64,000 bases of DNA from Takakia lepidozioides (lineage: Eukaryota; Plantae; Bryophyta), in NCBI GenBank assembly GCA_030704615.1, contig CM060733.1, positions 36,084,001 through 36,148,000 of the forward strand. Direction: 5' to 3'. Of this stretch, positions 37,527-58,797 are shown piece by piece. Under the pieces are notes generated by a model that did not search any database, was not told the DNA's origin, and worked only from the letters and a program-made list of their open reading frames with translations. Every line of letters begins with the position of its first letter. Within the stretch, counting starts at the first letter, position 1. The position numbers and the translations under genes are program-made.

Positions 37527-38429
37527 ACAGGGTGTCTTTGATTCTGGCTATGCATTCTCAGTCTCTTGTATAAACTTGACTGCATGTGAGCCCAATGGCT
37601 TCTGCCACATAAGAGTGGTGATGTTTCCAAGTCCCCTGCTGCTCCTAGCATTGGATAAAAGCTAAGATTCAATCCTCTTTTTGTGAACTTGACATGGTGG
37701 GTAGTGGGATTACTGCACAACACAATTCCATGGATAGACCAGACATTGATCATCACCAATGTTTGTGATAGTGTGATCATTTATTTGATCATTTGCTTAA
37801 AAGGCAGCAAGTCACGGTTGGTGTTTTGCCCGTGCTTCCTTGCTGGAGGCACCCTGCTGGGAGTTTTAGGATAAAGTTGAGCTCCTAAGTCTATACTTGA
37901 AAGTGCAACATGCTTGAAATTGATGCAGCAGTCACAATTGGGCCCACTATAAGTTGATCTTCATCATTAACACTTGTTGGGACTGCTAGAATCAAGCATC
38001 TGAGAAACTCTGTTGTATGTGTTTTGACATCTACTATGTTATTATGAGATGGGTGACTGCAGTGGACCCAACATATGTGAAGTATGTCTCAATAACTGGT
38101 TACCCTCCACGCTCCAATCACAGTGCTGTTGGCAACTGTAAAGTGGATTACAATTCTCATTCACTAGCAAACCATCCCAGGGCAAACCTGTGGAAGGTAA
38201 CTTCTCTTGCATTTTTTGTCTCAGGCTCCCGCATGGATAAAACTTTCCTGTTTTTGTTGGATCACACTAATTAGGCTGCACTCTGCTGTTATATGCTGCA
38301 ATGGTCAACCTCCAAATTGTGAACTACTTCACAAATATTACTAGAACTAGACTAATTGCTGTTGCAAATATCTGCTCGAGGTAGGTGAATTCATGTGGAA
38401 TGGGTTCTGCTACTTGATTTAGGAGAGAA

Positions 38430-38540
38430 ATAGCCTTGTGGCCATAGACCCTCATGCCCAGTTTGAACCGAAACACATGAAATGGGCACTACTTACTTTT
38501 GTGAGAGGCTCACTCCAGTACTGTGACTTATCGTGATATA
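38430..38540 (-). repeat. Short copy of the dispersed LINE 3' tail
   Basis: tagccttgtggccatagaccc...cccagtttg...ctttt.gtgagaggctcactccagt matches 1869-1952. Confidence 0.7.
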
Positions 38541-39078
38541 AACAATTCTAGGAAATACAGAGGCGGTGTGTAAGCTTGCAAGATGGCAAAAATTTGTTAC
38601 TTATGCTTGTTCCATTTATGTTGACTGGCTGCATCTCCCTAGTTTGGGTACTGTGTGGAAAAGGATAGTGCTAAGTCTGTTCAAAGTGGGAAGTAGTGTC
38701 TCCTATCTCTCTTCTTTGTACTTCTATTGTTGAATATGAGATTAAGATCCTTTTGGACTAGAGCTAGCTAATTAGGAATTTTCTTAGAATGCCATGATAT
38801 CCCAGACTATGGTTATGAACAGCCTCCAAAGTTGTGCAAGTGTTAAGTGCAATCGTAAAGGCCAATATAACTAGCGATACTAAAATCATTATTTTGTACG
38901 AAATCTTGCTTTCAAATTATCAATAGATCGAGCTAATGGATTATGTTCTTAATCTCCAATGTGTTATTAAGGTCAAGTTCTCTTTCTCCGAGAATATCAG
39001 AGAATTGGTTTCAGCCACCTGCTCCCCTGACAAGTCCAATGCAAACTGTACAGGCGGCGGTTGCCCAACGATTGTAAC

Positions 39079-39790
39079 CAGCGTTTTTTTTTTCATTTAA
39101 GAACTTGAGCCATGGTGGCTCCTGGCTGGCCTATGAGGAAGATCAATTGGCGACTCTGTGGCATGTGATCTCGAACCGGTGGCTACTATCAAGAATGTTT
39201 GATGAGTTTTATGCGAACTCAACTCATGTAGTGTTCGGTTTGTGGGAGCGACAAGGGAGGTAATTTTTTGTAAGTGACAATGACACTGCATATTGCAAAG
39301 CATAGCACAACTCTGTCACATGGATACAATCCATTGACAAATATGACTACTCTTGTCCAAGATCAGCAACTCTCCTCAAAGCCTCATGTGCCACTGCAAG
39401 AGGCGGTGCAAGTCTACTTAAATGGAGGTGCATGACACGGATACTAGGCGGGTAAGCAAAACCTAAATGAGAGTTCCCTCCATAGCTTGATCCATTGGCG
39501 AAAGCGGGAAGACTTTGAACCCAAGGCTTTGCTCCTTGCGCTGGCAGGGTGGTAGGTTTCTAGAAATCGATAGACAAGATCATCTGGATCTAACGAACCC
39601 AAATGGCATGTGGCTCTTTCCCTGTGTGACAGTTGTACAGGCAACGTCCTCATTGCAACGACATGATGGCATTAAGGAGGGCAGTAAAGCGGAACAGTGC
39701 CATATTTTAAACCATAATTCCTTTGTAAATTTCGTGAGGCCAATTTCTGGATCGAAAAGTGGCGAAATTTCGCACCAAAAAAAAACGCTG
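39079..39790. mobile_element. Non-autonomous hAT-like DNA transposon
   Basis: TIRs cagcgttttttttt / aaaaaaaaacgctg flanked by an 8-bp TSD attgtaac / attgcaac (one mismatch). Confidence 0.8.
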
Positions 39791-40187
39791 ATTGCAACAT
39801 GTGATGAGTCCCTTGATGCAGCACAGTGCCTATTTGACGTTGGCTTCCGAACCAACCAGAAGTGCTGTGATAACTAAAATAACCACAAACTCTGACACAC
39901 TCCAACACCGATGAGAGACGGGGAGCTTGATATGCTGAATGTACTAGGGTTGTGAATCGTGATGAATCATGATGCTTTGTGTCGTCTCTCACGGCCCCCA
40001 TTCTGTGGTCATTTGTGCAAGAGTGTACTCGCCTGCACACACTTTCGCAGCCCGACAACGATTGACAATGTCGTCTTCTCACAGTGTCCGCTTCAAGCTC
40101 CGCCATTCTTCAAGAGGCAAATGTTTCTTACGAATTAGGGTTCGGAGAACCGAAAATGGTGGTGTGGTATCACACATAACGACATTG

Positions 40188-40251
40188 AAACCCTAAACCT
40201 AAACACCAATATCCATCCAGACCAAAACCTTGAACCTTAAACCCTAAACCC
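40188..40251 (+). promoter_or_regulatory. Telo-box (AAACCCTA) elements upstream of gyrB
   Basis: aaaccctaaa at 40188 and 40239 plus degenerate copies, 60-125 bp before the ATG. Confidence 0.5.
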
Positions 40252-40313
40252 GGGGGGTAGCAGAGCAGCTTCATCAGTGTGTGAGCTGTGCGTGTGTATG
40301 GAAAGGCGTGGCT

Positions 40314-48776
<8,463 letters not shown>

Positions 48777-49970
48777 GGACAGTTATGTGCTGTTGCAACT
48801 GGCCTGGAAGGGTTGCAAGGGACTGCATCATGCTACAACATTTGTGCCATTCACAAATGTCAAATGGCAGGGTGAGGAGGTATAGACTACTATCGCCATG
48901 CAATGAGACTCTTCCATGCGTTTTCCGTACTTGGAATGTATGGAAGGAACAATCTCTCAAGTGGGCGTTTTAAAGATTTATGCCCTTTTCTGGGTAGGAG
49001 AGGATACCATCCTAAACAGAGGAAAGGAGATTCTCACTCATATATGTGCAGCTGGAGGTGCTGGTGCTTAGGGGCTACTCTTGCAGCTGCTTTCCAGTAA
49101 AACTACCAACTGAAGTTTTTACTCGGCAGTTCTCGTCAGGCATATAACTGCTTCTGGAGACAGGATTCACAGGCTTTCCTGGCTTGCCTTGAGCTGGCTG
49201 TGGCTGAATTTATGCTTGTGGAGTTTCCATTCACAATGGAGGCCCATTACTAAAATCCAAATTCATCATCTGACAGGCTAGAGTTATCTGTTGTTTGTGT
49301 TCTCGGATCGGACATCTTACGAGTACATTATATTCCTGGGGACTGAGATCTAGAATGCGGTATCATGTATCATGGCCCTCTGGGGCTGCCCGCTTTGTAT
49401 TCGGATGGGAAACTTTTCAGGCTGTGAACCTAAAGGTCAGGTACAGGCAGGACAGGTGAGGGGTCATGGAGGATTGGTTCACTGGGTTCTTCAGTGACCA
49501 CATAGTCATGGAGTGGAAGGAAGCCTGAAACATACCTCAAGGGTTGCAAGACATGTCCTAGGGTGAAGTATTTAAGAGACGTTGTAATCTGCAAGCAAAG
49601 ATATAATGTGAAGTGTTCACACTATCCAATGCTAAATTCGCTGGGTCCTGCCCTCAGGGAAGGCACATATCCGCCAGCCTGTCCCATGATTTGTTTTGTG
49701 AATCATTGGAGGTTAAACTTCTTTTCCTTTCCTTTGGCCTTGAGCCTGTACAACAATAGAGAAGACCAGATTGAACCCATGCAAATATGAATATATTTCA
49801 ACGAGGAAAGTAAGTTGCCATATTAGATCCTTTATTTTTATTTTTTTTCTGAGAAAGGGCGTGGATACCCTAGAGCTTTATCAGCTTTAAAACAAGAGGA
49901 CAAAAAAAGTCCCAGGAGTATTCGCTGAAGGTGCCATAGAGGCTGGTCTGGGAAGGCTCTACTTCCTAAC

Positions 49971-50115
49971 GAGTGTTGGACTGGTATACAAGGTCTGGCC
50001 GGGTATCAACCAGGGTATTGGGTATCAACCAGGGTATTGAATAACCGACCCTGCTGGTATTGGCAATTCCAATACTATGGTTGATAACCTTGATAACTCT
50101 GGTATTGCCAAGGCA
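49971..50115. repeat. MITE-like fragment with ggtatt/aatacc subterminal repeats
   Basis: Begins gagtgttgg; same motif vocabulary as 52227-52420 and 58595-58797. Confidence 0.5.
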
Positions 50116-50581
50116 GTAGTTTGGACGTGGCGGGGCCACAGGCCTATGTGTGTGCATTCAAGACGCCATTAATCTAAAATGAGAGGCCAGAAAACTCCCA
50201 ATTTTCCTAACTGATTTCTCCTAATTATATCTACAAAATCAGTATATATGATGCAAAGGGCAGAATTTATTTTCTTTGGAGACCAGGTATGCTTATCATT
50301 TCTTGAAAAACAAATTCAGACAGGAAAATACGAAAATACCTGCCAAGAGTGACTGCTGACAAATCAGGCCCCTTAATTAGTGAGCGGAGAAAATAACCTC
50401 TTTCAAAGTAACCTGCTCAACGGACACTACAAGAGGGAAGGGGGGAAGAAGATTACACCACACCCGACAAGATAGCACAGACTCACTTGGGTGGCACTCG
50501 ATGCTCTATCCAACTGAGCAACCAACTAGTGTTACTTATAAATTGTAATGAGAACTTGAATGTCTTGGCTACCACTTTGAG

Positions 50582-50705
50582 TTAGGGCTTTGCATTAGTA
50601 CCTAGTGATGGCTTTAGTGTAGAGCGGGAATAGTTTGTCATAGTGCCACATCATCATGCCATGTCATTCTTAACACGTCATTGTCACCCACATCATCATT
50701 GTCAT
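50582..50705 (-). mobile_element. Degenerate Helitron-like 3' terminus
   Basis: ttagggctttgcatt..tacctagtgat resembles the reverse complement of 23809-23842; the following ttagtgtagagcgggaatag..atagtgccacatcatc matches 9681-9725. Confidence 0.55.
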
Positions 50706-50739
50706 TTTGTTGGCATCCCCAAATAAAAACCTAAAGTTT

Positions 50740-51960
50740 GAAGATCTTTTTTGCAATCCCAAGCTTCTCTGGTTCCTTACGCCCGTGTCCCTTCTACAGT
50801 TTGATCCATGGGAGTGGATTTGGAGAAACAAGCAACATGCCCCTTTTTTTGTTTTTAGAAAACAGGGGACAGAGGCCCTGATGAAAACTTTACTAAGGGA
50901 ATGGCGAGGAGAAAATAACCTGGATGAGTACACCATAGAGGCTGAAAAAGGAGGCACCGCCCCCAGAACTAAAAACCAACAAGAAGGCCCACTGCAAAAA
51001 AGGAAACTCCAGTGGGGAGAGAGGGGGGGGCCTATCCAAGGGGACACAGGAAGGCCTAAAGCAGACAAGAATCTGATAATCTGCCTAGAAGAGAAGAAAA
51101 CACCAGAGAAGAACCACCAGAGAAGAGAAAGGAGGGCTACAGACTTCCCCTTCTCCTCTTAGAAGTTTCAAAAGACAATTGAGCTTTGGATTTTCCTTTT
51201 CTAAGGCTTCGCTTGTGCCTCCATTGACATCCGAGTCCTCACCCTCAGTAGGGGATTGCATCGCGGTAGCAGAACTCCCAGCATGTCCGGAGGTGATCGT
51301 ACCAGACAATCTTTACCTTTTTTTTTCCTTACAAAGTCAAACAGAAAAGATTAAAAAAAAAAAAAACTAGGCTATAAGTTCCTTACCTAAGCTTGTAGTC
51401 TCAATGGACTCTAAATTGTCTAAAAAATGTCACATTTGGCTGACTGAAAGCTATTTGGGGCGACGTCTGGAGGAAAGATGGTGCAGCTAGAGTTAGTGGG
51501 TTCCTATGGAAGCTAGTTGATCGTATCCTGCTTAGCTCACACACCTTCAACTTGTAAACTCTGCAACCTGTAGGTCCTTGAGACATTGGAACATTGTTTC
51601 CTTATTTGCCGAAGCAGCAAACACCTAGAAGAGGGCTCTTTCTTTTTACTCCCATTGGAAAGTCCTGCCTGCTGATTTTGCTTCTAAATTTTTCTGCAGT
51701 ATCCATATGGTCTAATTGTCCTGTTTGGTCCATACTTCGAGCTCATACTCTATGGAATATCTGGAAGCTTGTTGTTGGCAAATCGACTTGTGTGAAGTCT
51801 ATTCTGTTTAAGATTCACTCTGACGTGATGTCTATGGCTTGGATGGCTTGGTGGGTCTAGGAGAAGTTCTTTGCAGATGTAGCCAGAGAAGAGGATCACA
51901 ACTTCTCGTTGAATTAGACAACACTTGGGGCAAGGGAGCTCGAATCTATTCTAGAGACTC
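50740..51960 (+). mobile_element. Degenerate LINE ORF2 C-terminal remnant
   Basis: IWGDVWRKDGAARVSGFLWKL...CKLCNL*VLETLEHCFLIC (zf-RVT) and LWNIWK at about 51450-51770. Confidence 0.65.
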
Positions 51961-52226
51961 GGATACAAGAATTCATTGGTGTGACACTATCCCACCATGC
52001 TAGCAGTTCGCATAATGCAAGGTATTCTCTTTTGGAGGGTGGGAGCCTTAAGTTATTTGGAGACACCGTAGATCTTTTAGGAAAGGGAAATCAAAAGGCC
52101 ATCTTTATTTCGAACCCCATAGAAAAAATAATAATAATAGCTATTAGCATTGTTGTTTGCTTTATCTTCTCTTCTTTTGTCTTTCTCCCTTTCTAAATCT
52201 TTGCTAAATATAACTAAGGTTACGAA

Positions 52227-52420
52227 CAGTGTTGGGCGGGTATTACTTTTTCTAATACCAGCCGGGTCTGGGTATTGAAAAGAAATTAATTTGCAATACC
52301 AGCCGGTTCCCTAGTATTGAAAGATTCCCTTAATTTCAATACCCGCCGGTTCTCAATAGTAGTATGATTTTCGATTTGCGGACGGGTATCAATAGGATGG
52401 GTATCCAATCTACGGGTATA
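52227..52420 (+). repeat. hAT-like MITE end (CAGTGTT terminus)
   Basis: cagtgttgggcgg terminus followed by aataccagccgg repeats. Confidence 0.55.
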
Positions 52421-52681
52421 ATTTTTTTTTTTTTTAAAGAAAAAAAAGATAACCACTAAATCATTAATATGTATTGAATTTAGAATATTTCAGTTGATTT
52501 CACAAAGAAATTGATTATTATGTTGCAAAATTCAGTCTTTGCATTGCATAATAACAACGTTGCAGATTTTAGTATCCAAATTGAAGCAAGCTTAGTTGAA
52601 AGAAGACTGATTGCAACCCTCATCGTCAAATAAACCAGCATCTCCATTGAGGTCCTCATAAGACACCCTACATGTGTTAAA

Positions 52682-52715
<34 letters not shown>

Positions 52716-52718
<3 letters not shown>

Positions 52719-54670
52719 GCGGCCCCGCCCTACTAAGAAATGAAGCATAGTGGCGGGCCCTTGTGACATGTGCACCCTCTTACCCTAACCCCTAACGTAA
52801 CACCTGGGAAAACAATGACCAATTTTTTAGCACCCATGGTAACCTAAATCTACACCATAATATTCAAATGGTTACCGATCACCACCGACGAACCAACACC
52901 TACTACTTATCGCATATTCATACCCAATATGCGGATGAACCACAAGCCAACAATAGACGTTTCATCAGCCCGCCACGAAATATCCCAAATCTATACATCT
53001 TTATAGCTGAATGTAACCCAGATAAAGACATCCTGAAGTCCCACGCCCGCATACACGCTCACAATAACTTGGCACACATATATGGACCACTAGGGTACTA
53101 CATTGGTACCATAACACTCCAAAGATTTGGAGTGGTTATGGAAAAGATTTCATTCCAACCCACTCCACCTCACAGACCTGCATACGCCGTCAGCATTTGC
53201 AGGTACAAGTCTCCAGACTCATCCAACGCTACGCCCAAGACCTATCACCCAAAACACCCACAACAACAAACAAACTTTCACTTGCACACTCCCACTCGAC
53301 CCTCCCCGCACTCCTTCTAGACTTCCTCACCACGGAGCTACAACTCAGTCACTCATACTACTCTAACCTTATATACCCGATCATAACACCTATACGGAAT
53401 TTGCACACACGCATTCAAGGCGAGACCAAACTACTCATACAAGAATCCCGCACCTACAGAAAATTTGTACACAAATAAGTGGGTCTTGTCCCCACACCTG
53501 CTACATAGTATGTCCAATCATTTCTGGACATCCCCCAGGGTTACCGATGCACAAATCAAACAAACTTTGAAATTTCAGTATGGTCAATACATGGGCAATT
53601 AACGACGGAACCTGTTCTGGCCATTATTATATCCAATAAACACTGCGTGTTATGTTCATCCCAAAATCCCCAAATAGATACATGGCCACACTACCCCATA
53701 ATACACGGGTTGCGGGTAACTAGACATAACCAAGGGGTTAGACAACTCCACAAAATTCTCACTTCATGGCTGATTTGCTCCCCCAGACTGTCATGGTGTC
53801 GGACCGAACATATCAGTTATTCAGCACCTTTGGACGAGGGAATGATTCACAGTTCACTTTGGTTCTGCTTTGACCGTTTGGAAGGACTCTCTCCCCGTCT
53901 TGGGAGATCACCGGTTGAAGGTGAAGAGGAGGATGTCAACTGGCGGCACCGTCGTGCTAGGGATTCAAAGCGTGAAACACAGATTGTCCAGCAGCTATAT
54001 TTCACAGTTGAACGGGTGCCCATGTCCTTCAGCGGTGCACCCCATTTTGATTCACCTTTGGAATCGAAAGAGGCCAGATGGTTTAACCTCATCAATGTAG
54101 ACACATTCCAAGGTCGCCCACCGGACCACACCATACCCCCATGGCTGCTACCGTGTATATGCTCCCAAGGACACCCGTGCATTTGCTAGACTATGCCCAG
54201 ATATTTTGCTAATCCAGGGACTTCCTATACTGGCATTGCCACCGACAGAACCACTTCCATATCTCAAAATACATTTTTTGGAATTTGCATTCTGCCATGA
54301 TCGAAATCCAGATCAATCAATTATGTACAAACATGAAAATGTGACCGAATCATACATGCCCTCCGTCACAGAGGCTGGAACACGACACCTCTGACCGTCA
54401 TCACTGCGGGTGTTAGGGGCGGTGCTCATACCCATAATATCCAAGGTTTAAAAGATAATCTTAACCTACCACCCAAATGCACTACACCTCTACTACGCTT
54501 CTTGCATTTCACAGCTATTTCATCACTCACATCCCTAATTCTCAATAAACGTAAGATTGAAAGTGGCCAGCTAGCCACTGTGGTTACGGTTCAAGTAGAG
54601 CCCACCCCTCAAAAGGGGCAGTACCCGCAAGGGGAAGAGGTTCTTATTTATGCTAGCTTTGGTTGGCGTC
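52716..54670 (+). mobile_element. Internally deleted RLE-type non-LTR retrotransposon between two (AT)n tracts
   Basis: C-terminal module CVLC...DTWPH, RHNQGV, PDILLIQG, IHFLEFAFCHD, RGW...VITAGVRG, LHFTAI..L..LILNKRKIE. (AT)n at 52685-52715 and 54671-54694. No RT motifs seen. Confidence 0.7.
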
Positions 54671-56530
54671 ATATATATATATATATATATATATTGTGTA
54701 CTCAACCAATTTCCTATTCATACCATGGTATAGTCCTTGTTTTTGCCTATAATATGGGTATGCAAACAAGGGGTCACCCCCACCATGGCCGGGTCCATGT
54801 CCTAGGGTTTGCCGCTACTTATCAGGGCAGACCCAGAGAGGGTATGCTGCCATTTAAATTTTTTTAGAGATTTTATGAGTTTTCCCAACTTCAAAAACAT
54901 TGTTTACAAGTATCTCAATTATCCACCTAGGGTTATGCCAGTTACACTATGCCGTTATGGCCTTTCTCCTTCCTCATGAAGAGGGTCTTTCTTTTGGGTC
55001 CCTTCTTTCGTTATGAGGGTGATGGCCTATTGGAGACTCTGGGTCTCTACCGCTTACTAGTGTTTCACTCTGGGCGGTGTATAGTTCTTTGTTACAGGTA
55101 TTGTTATTTTAGGCTACAGATCTTCTGATATCCAACATGGTCTCCATGCGAAAAGCTTTATGGCAGCCTTCGTGCAAAGAAGGGTTTTAATTTTTTTCCC
55201 TTCAAATAATCATTTTAATAAGGTGCATCCTCTGTCCCATGTTCCTAAAAATATTTGAAAAAAAAAAAGAAAAAACGTATCATACTAAAGTTATCTGTTA
55301 AGTCTAGGGGATGGAGGGTGAGTTAGGCCAGTATGGCCGAAAGACAGGATGAAGTGCAATAAATGTCAAAAGAGCAAGGGATTAAAATACCAGCAAAAAA
55401 AAGACATGACCAAACTCAAAATAGGACCAAATGAGAGCAAAACGAGTTTCATCCTACATTTGTTTTTTGGCTTTCCTCTTGGGTACCTGTTGCGGCATGG
55501 AACCAAGCGGGCAGGGAGGCTAGGGCGGGGCCCACACTGACTTAACTTTATGTGGCCGGTCCCTAGGTACTCTATCTGCAAGACTTCCCCGGATACGCAC
55601 CCAGGAGAGGTATAGTGGGGATGTATAAAGGGGCGGAAGGGATGGTCACTTAACGGATAACTTTACTACTATCATAAAAGCCATGACCACCATACTGTCA
55701 CCATTAGGACATCTGCCACTTTCTCACCAGCCTTCAAACTTTTATTGATTTATTCTATATTTCGACATGGATTAGCATATGCGCCTAACAAGAGGCCCTC
55801 TGGCAGGTCTGCGGGTCTACAGGTGTGTGGGTCTGCCAAGTGGGGCTTGAGGAGACCCTCCATGCTGCAGACCATCCCTGCAGACCCATGGGCCGGGTGG
55901 GGTGGGGTGTCCCTCTCCTATTTGCGGGCCGCGATGTAATCAAGACACCTATTAATCTACAGTGGGTGCCAACTTGCGACGGCGTGGAACATGTGTTGCA
56001 TGCGTTAAGGGAATGAGCGAGGAAACGGGCCCTCGGATTTGTCCCATACTGCGATGTGTGTGAGTGAGGGAGAGAGAGAAAGAGAGGGAGAGTCAGTCGA
56101 ATGCGTTTCAAAATCCACGGTGTTGAAGAATCGGCTGCCCAGGCACGCCAGTGGCTTCAAGGTGCTTTCTTGGTAGAGTATGCTACAGCCGTTTTGGATT
56201 TGTGGGTTGGAATGCTGACATCGAGCTCTGCTGCACGGTCTCAGCTTCACTCTGGTGCATCAGCTCTTGCATAAGGTGCTCTTCGGGCGCTAGGTGGCTT
56301 AGAAGGCAGCTTCAACTGATGAGTGGTAGCCTGAATCTGGTGGCCAGTCATTTGTTGAACCCCTTTCGGTGAGGTTTTAGTGCAAAAGAGTCTTGGGGAA
56401 GAGAGAGGCTCCAGGATCTTCTTCTACATATTGTCTGCGAATATTAGTCTCCATCTGAGGGATTGAAACTTTGGTTCCCTTTGTTGAAACTCAAGAGAGC
56501 GGGAGTTGTGCTTGCTGGCCAGCAGAAGAG

Positions 56531-58138
56531 ATGGCGGAGCAGGACTCTTTGCAGGAGCCCTTCATAGGCAGGGAGGAGTCAGCACACCTCTCCACACTCG
56601 AACCCACCACAAATTCACACGCGTTTTCATTTGGTAATGGAGGAAGTAATGGTCACAGTGAGATGGATGATAGAGCGTCTATCTTATGGCCAGCAAACTG
56701 GTCAGTATGGGAAGAGATCAGGATCCAGCTAACGATTGCAGTGCCAATGATATGTGTGAATTTACTTCAGTACTCACTGGTTGTAGTGTCCGTCATGTTT
56801 GTGGGGCACTTGGGTGAACTTGCCCTTTCCAGTGCTACTCTGGCCAACTCCATCGCAGGTGTTACAGGGATAAGCCTTCTATTGGGAATGTCATCCGCAT
56901 TAGAGACCTTGTGCGGGCAGGCATACGGAGCCAAGCAATACCACATGCTGGGGATCTATCTTCAGCGTGCAACGTTGGTCCTCTATCTTACGAGCCTGCC
57001 TGTTTCTGTTGTGTGGTGGAACATGGGCTATATTCTCAGGGCTCTTGGGCAGGATCCTGAGATCTCAGTTGTGGCAGGAGAATACGCCCGGTGGCTGATT
57101 CCAACCTTATTTGCGGTTGCCTCTACTCAAACCCTGGTGAAGTTTTTGCAAACACAGAGTGTCGTGTTGCCAATGGCATTGATTTCTGTCACCACGTTGC
57201 TTCTCCATATCCCCCTATGCTGGCTGGTGATTTTCAAGCTGGACTTCGGATTTCGCGGGGCAGCTATCACGAGTGGCATTTCAAACTGGCTGAATGTTGT
57301 GCTCCTGTGTGCTTATGTGGCGTTTTCACCTAAGTGTAAGAAGACTTGGACATCGTTTTCGACGGAGGCGTATAAGGACCTCGGAAGCTTTTTCAAGCTG
57401 GCCATCCCCTCCGCAGTCATGGTATGCTTGGAGTTATGGTCATTCGAAATACTTGTGATTCTCTCAGGCCTGTTGGCACACCCACAGTTAGAAACGTCCA
57501 CCTTCGCCATCTGTATGACGAATCTCGTGTTGATGTTCATGGTGCCATTTGGCCTCAGTGCTGCAGCCAGCACTCGCGTTTCCAATGAGCTTGGAGCTGG
57601 AAACCCACAAGCGGCCAAGTATGCGGTGGTCGTCGCCGTTGTAATGGCCGTGTTGGAAGGTGCTCTGATGGCAACTCTGCTGCTAACAGTTCTGCGCAAT
57701 ATCAATGGCCGGGCCTTCACAGATGAAGCCGAGGTTATCGAGTACGTGGCTCGTTGTATACCCTTTCTTGCAACAATTGTTAGCATGGATGGCCTTCAAG
57801 GTGTCCTTTCAGGCGTGGCGAGGGGATGCGGCTGGCAAGCTCTTGGAGCATACACGAACCTCGGGTCGTTTTACATTGTGGGATTGCCATGCTCAGTCGT
57901 ACTGGCCTTTGTCTTCCACTTCAACGGCGTGGGACTGTGGATTGGAATGATCGCAGGGATGACAATCAAGACTCTTGGCCTTGTCCTTATTACACTCTTC
58001 ACCGATTGGGACAAGCAGGCCATGAAAGCATCGGGTCGGATCTACTCATCTTCAAGCGCGGTACTGCCCCTTCTATCAGAAAAGATTCAACAGCATCATC
58101 TCTGGAATGAAGAGAGGGATTATCAGGTGACCCATTGA
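56531..58138 (+). CDS. MATE (DTX) efflux transporter, intronless
   Basis: SVMFVGHLGELALS, ALETLCGQAYGAKQY, LAIPSAVMVCLELWSFE, STRVSNELGAGNP, VLSGVARGCGWQ, GLWIGM; about 12 hydrophobic segments. Confidence 0.95.
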   Translation: MAEQDSLQEPFIGREESAHLSTLEPTTNSHAFSFGNGGSNGHSEMDDRASILWPANWSVWEEIRIQLTIAVPMICVNLLQYSLVVVSVMFVGHLGELALSSATLANSIAGVTGISLLLGMSSALETLCGQAYGAKQYHMLGIYLQRATLVLYLTSLPVSVVWWNMGYILRALGQDPEISVVAGEYARWLIPTLFAVASTQTLVKFLQTQSVVLPMALISVTTLLLHIPLCWLVIFKLDFGFRGAAITSGISNWLNVVLLCAYVAFSPKCKKTWTSFSTEAYKDLGSFFKLAIPSAVMVCLELWSFEILVILSGLLAHPQLETSTFAICMTNLVLMFMVPFGLSAAASTRVSNELGAGNPQAAKYAVVVAVVMAVLEGALMATLLLTVLRNINGRAFTDEAEVIEYVARCIPFLATIVSMDGLQGVLSGVARGCGWQALGAYTNLGSFYIVGLPCSVVLAFVFHFNGVGLWIGMIAGMTIKTLGLVLITLFTDWDKQAMKASGRIYSSSSAVLPLLSEKIQQHHLWNEERDYQVTH

Positions 58139-58594
58139 ATGTTTCAGCTGCAAATAGGTACTTCTATATCATTTTAGAATATGGATTTTCTTCCATGCAG
58201 CTCACAAATTTCCGCAAGGCACCCCTCTCTTATCTTTGTCACATGGGGGACTTTCAGATACTTCGACGAGCCCCCAAAATTTTGCACCTAATTTTGCAAG
58301 GGAGAACAACCCTGCAACCTCTGAATTGGCATCTCTTGTGCGAGGTAGAAGAACTCTCTACAATTAGTTTGTGGAGGAAAATATGCAAAGTTTTGTATCT
58401 CCAGGGGAAAAAATAAATAAAAAATTGGCTTGAAGCCTGTACCGCATCTGCAACAAGGTTCTTCTCATCCACCATATTACATTCAGACACAAGGTTGGCA
58501 GGGTAGAGCAAGTTGGAGGTAAACTAAAGAGCAGGTGGTGGGCACTTGGCACCCGCACAACATTGGTTTATACTTGCATGGTCCATGGTCCTTG

Positions 58595-58797
58595 TTTTTG
58601 CCCCTAACACGAATATTGCCTGGGTGTTGCCTTTGCCAACACCAGCCTAGTTAGGGTATTGACCTAGCTATTGCAAGTGCCAATACCAGTGGGTCCGGTT
58701 CTTAACCCTAGTATTGCAAAAGAAAACACCGGCGGGGTGGGTTCTTTAGTCCCCTTGTTGATACTTGGTACCCGGATTGATAGCCGCCCTAACACTG
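58595..58797 (-). repeat. hAT-like MITE end, same family as 52227
   Basis: Ends ccgccctaacactg (reverse complement cagtgttagggcgg) with aatacc/ggtatt repeats. Confidence 0.55.

Noticed and set aside
55490-55935. GC-rich gcgggtc-type repeats suggesting a MITE upstream of MATE
   Set aside because: Could not define TIRs, a TSD or a second copy.
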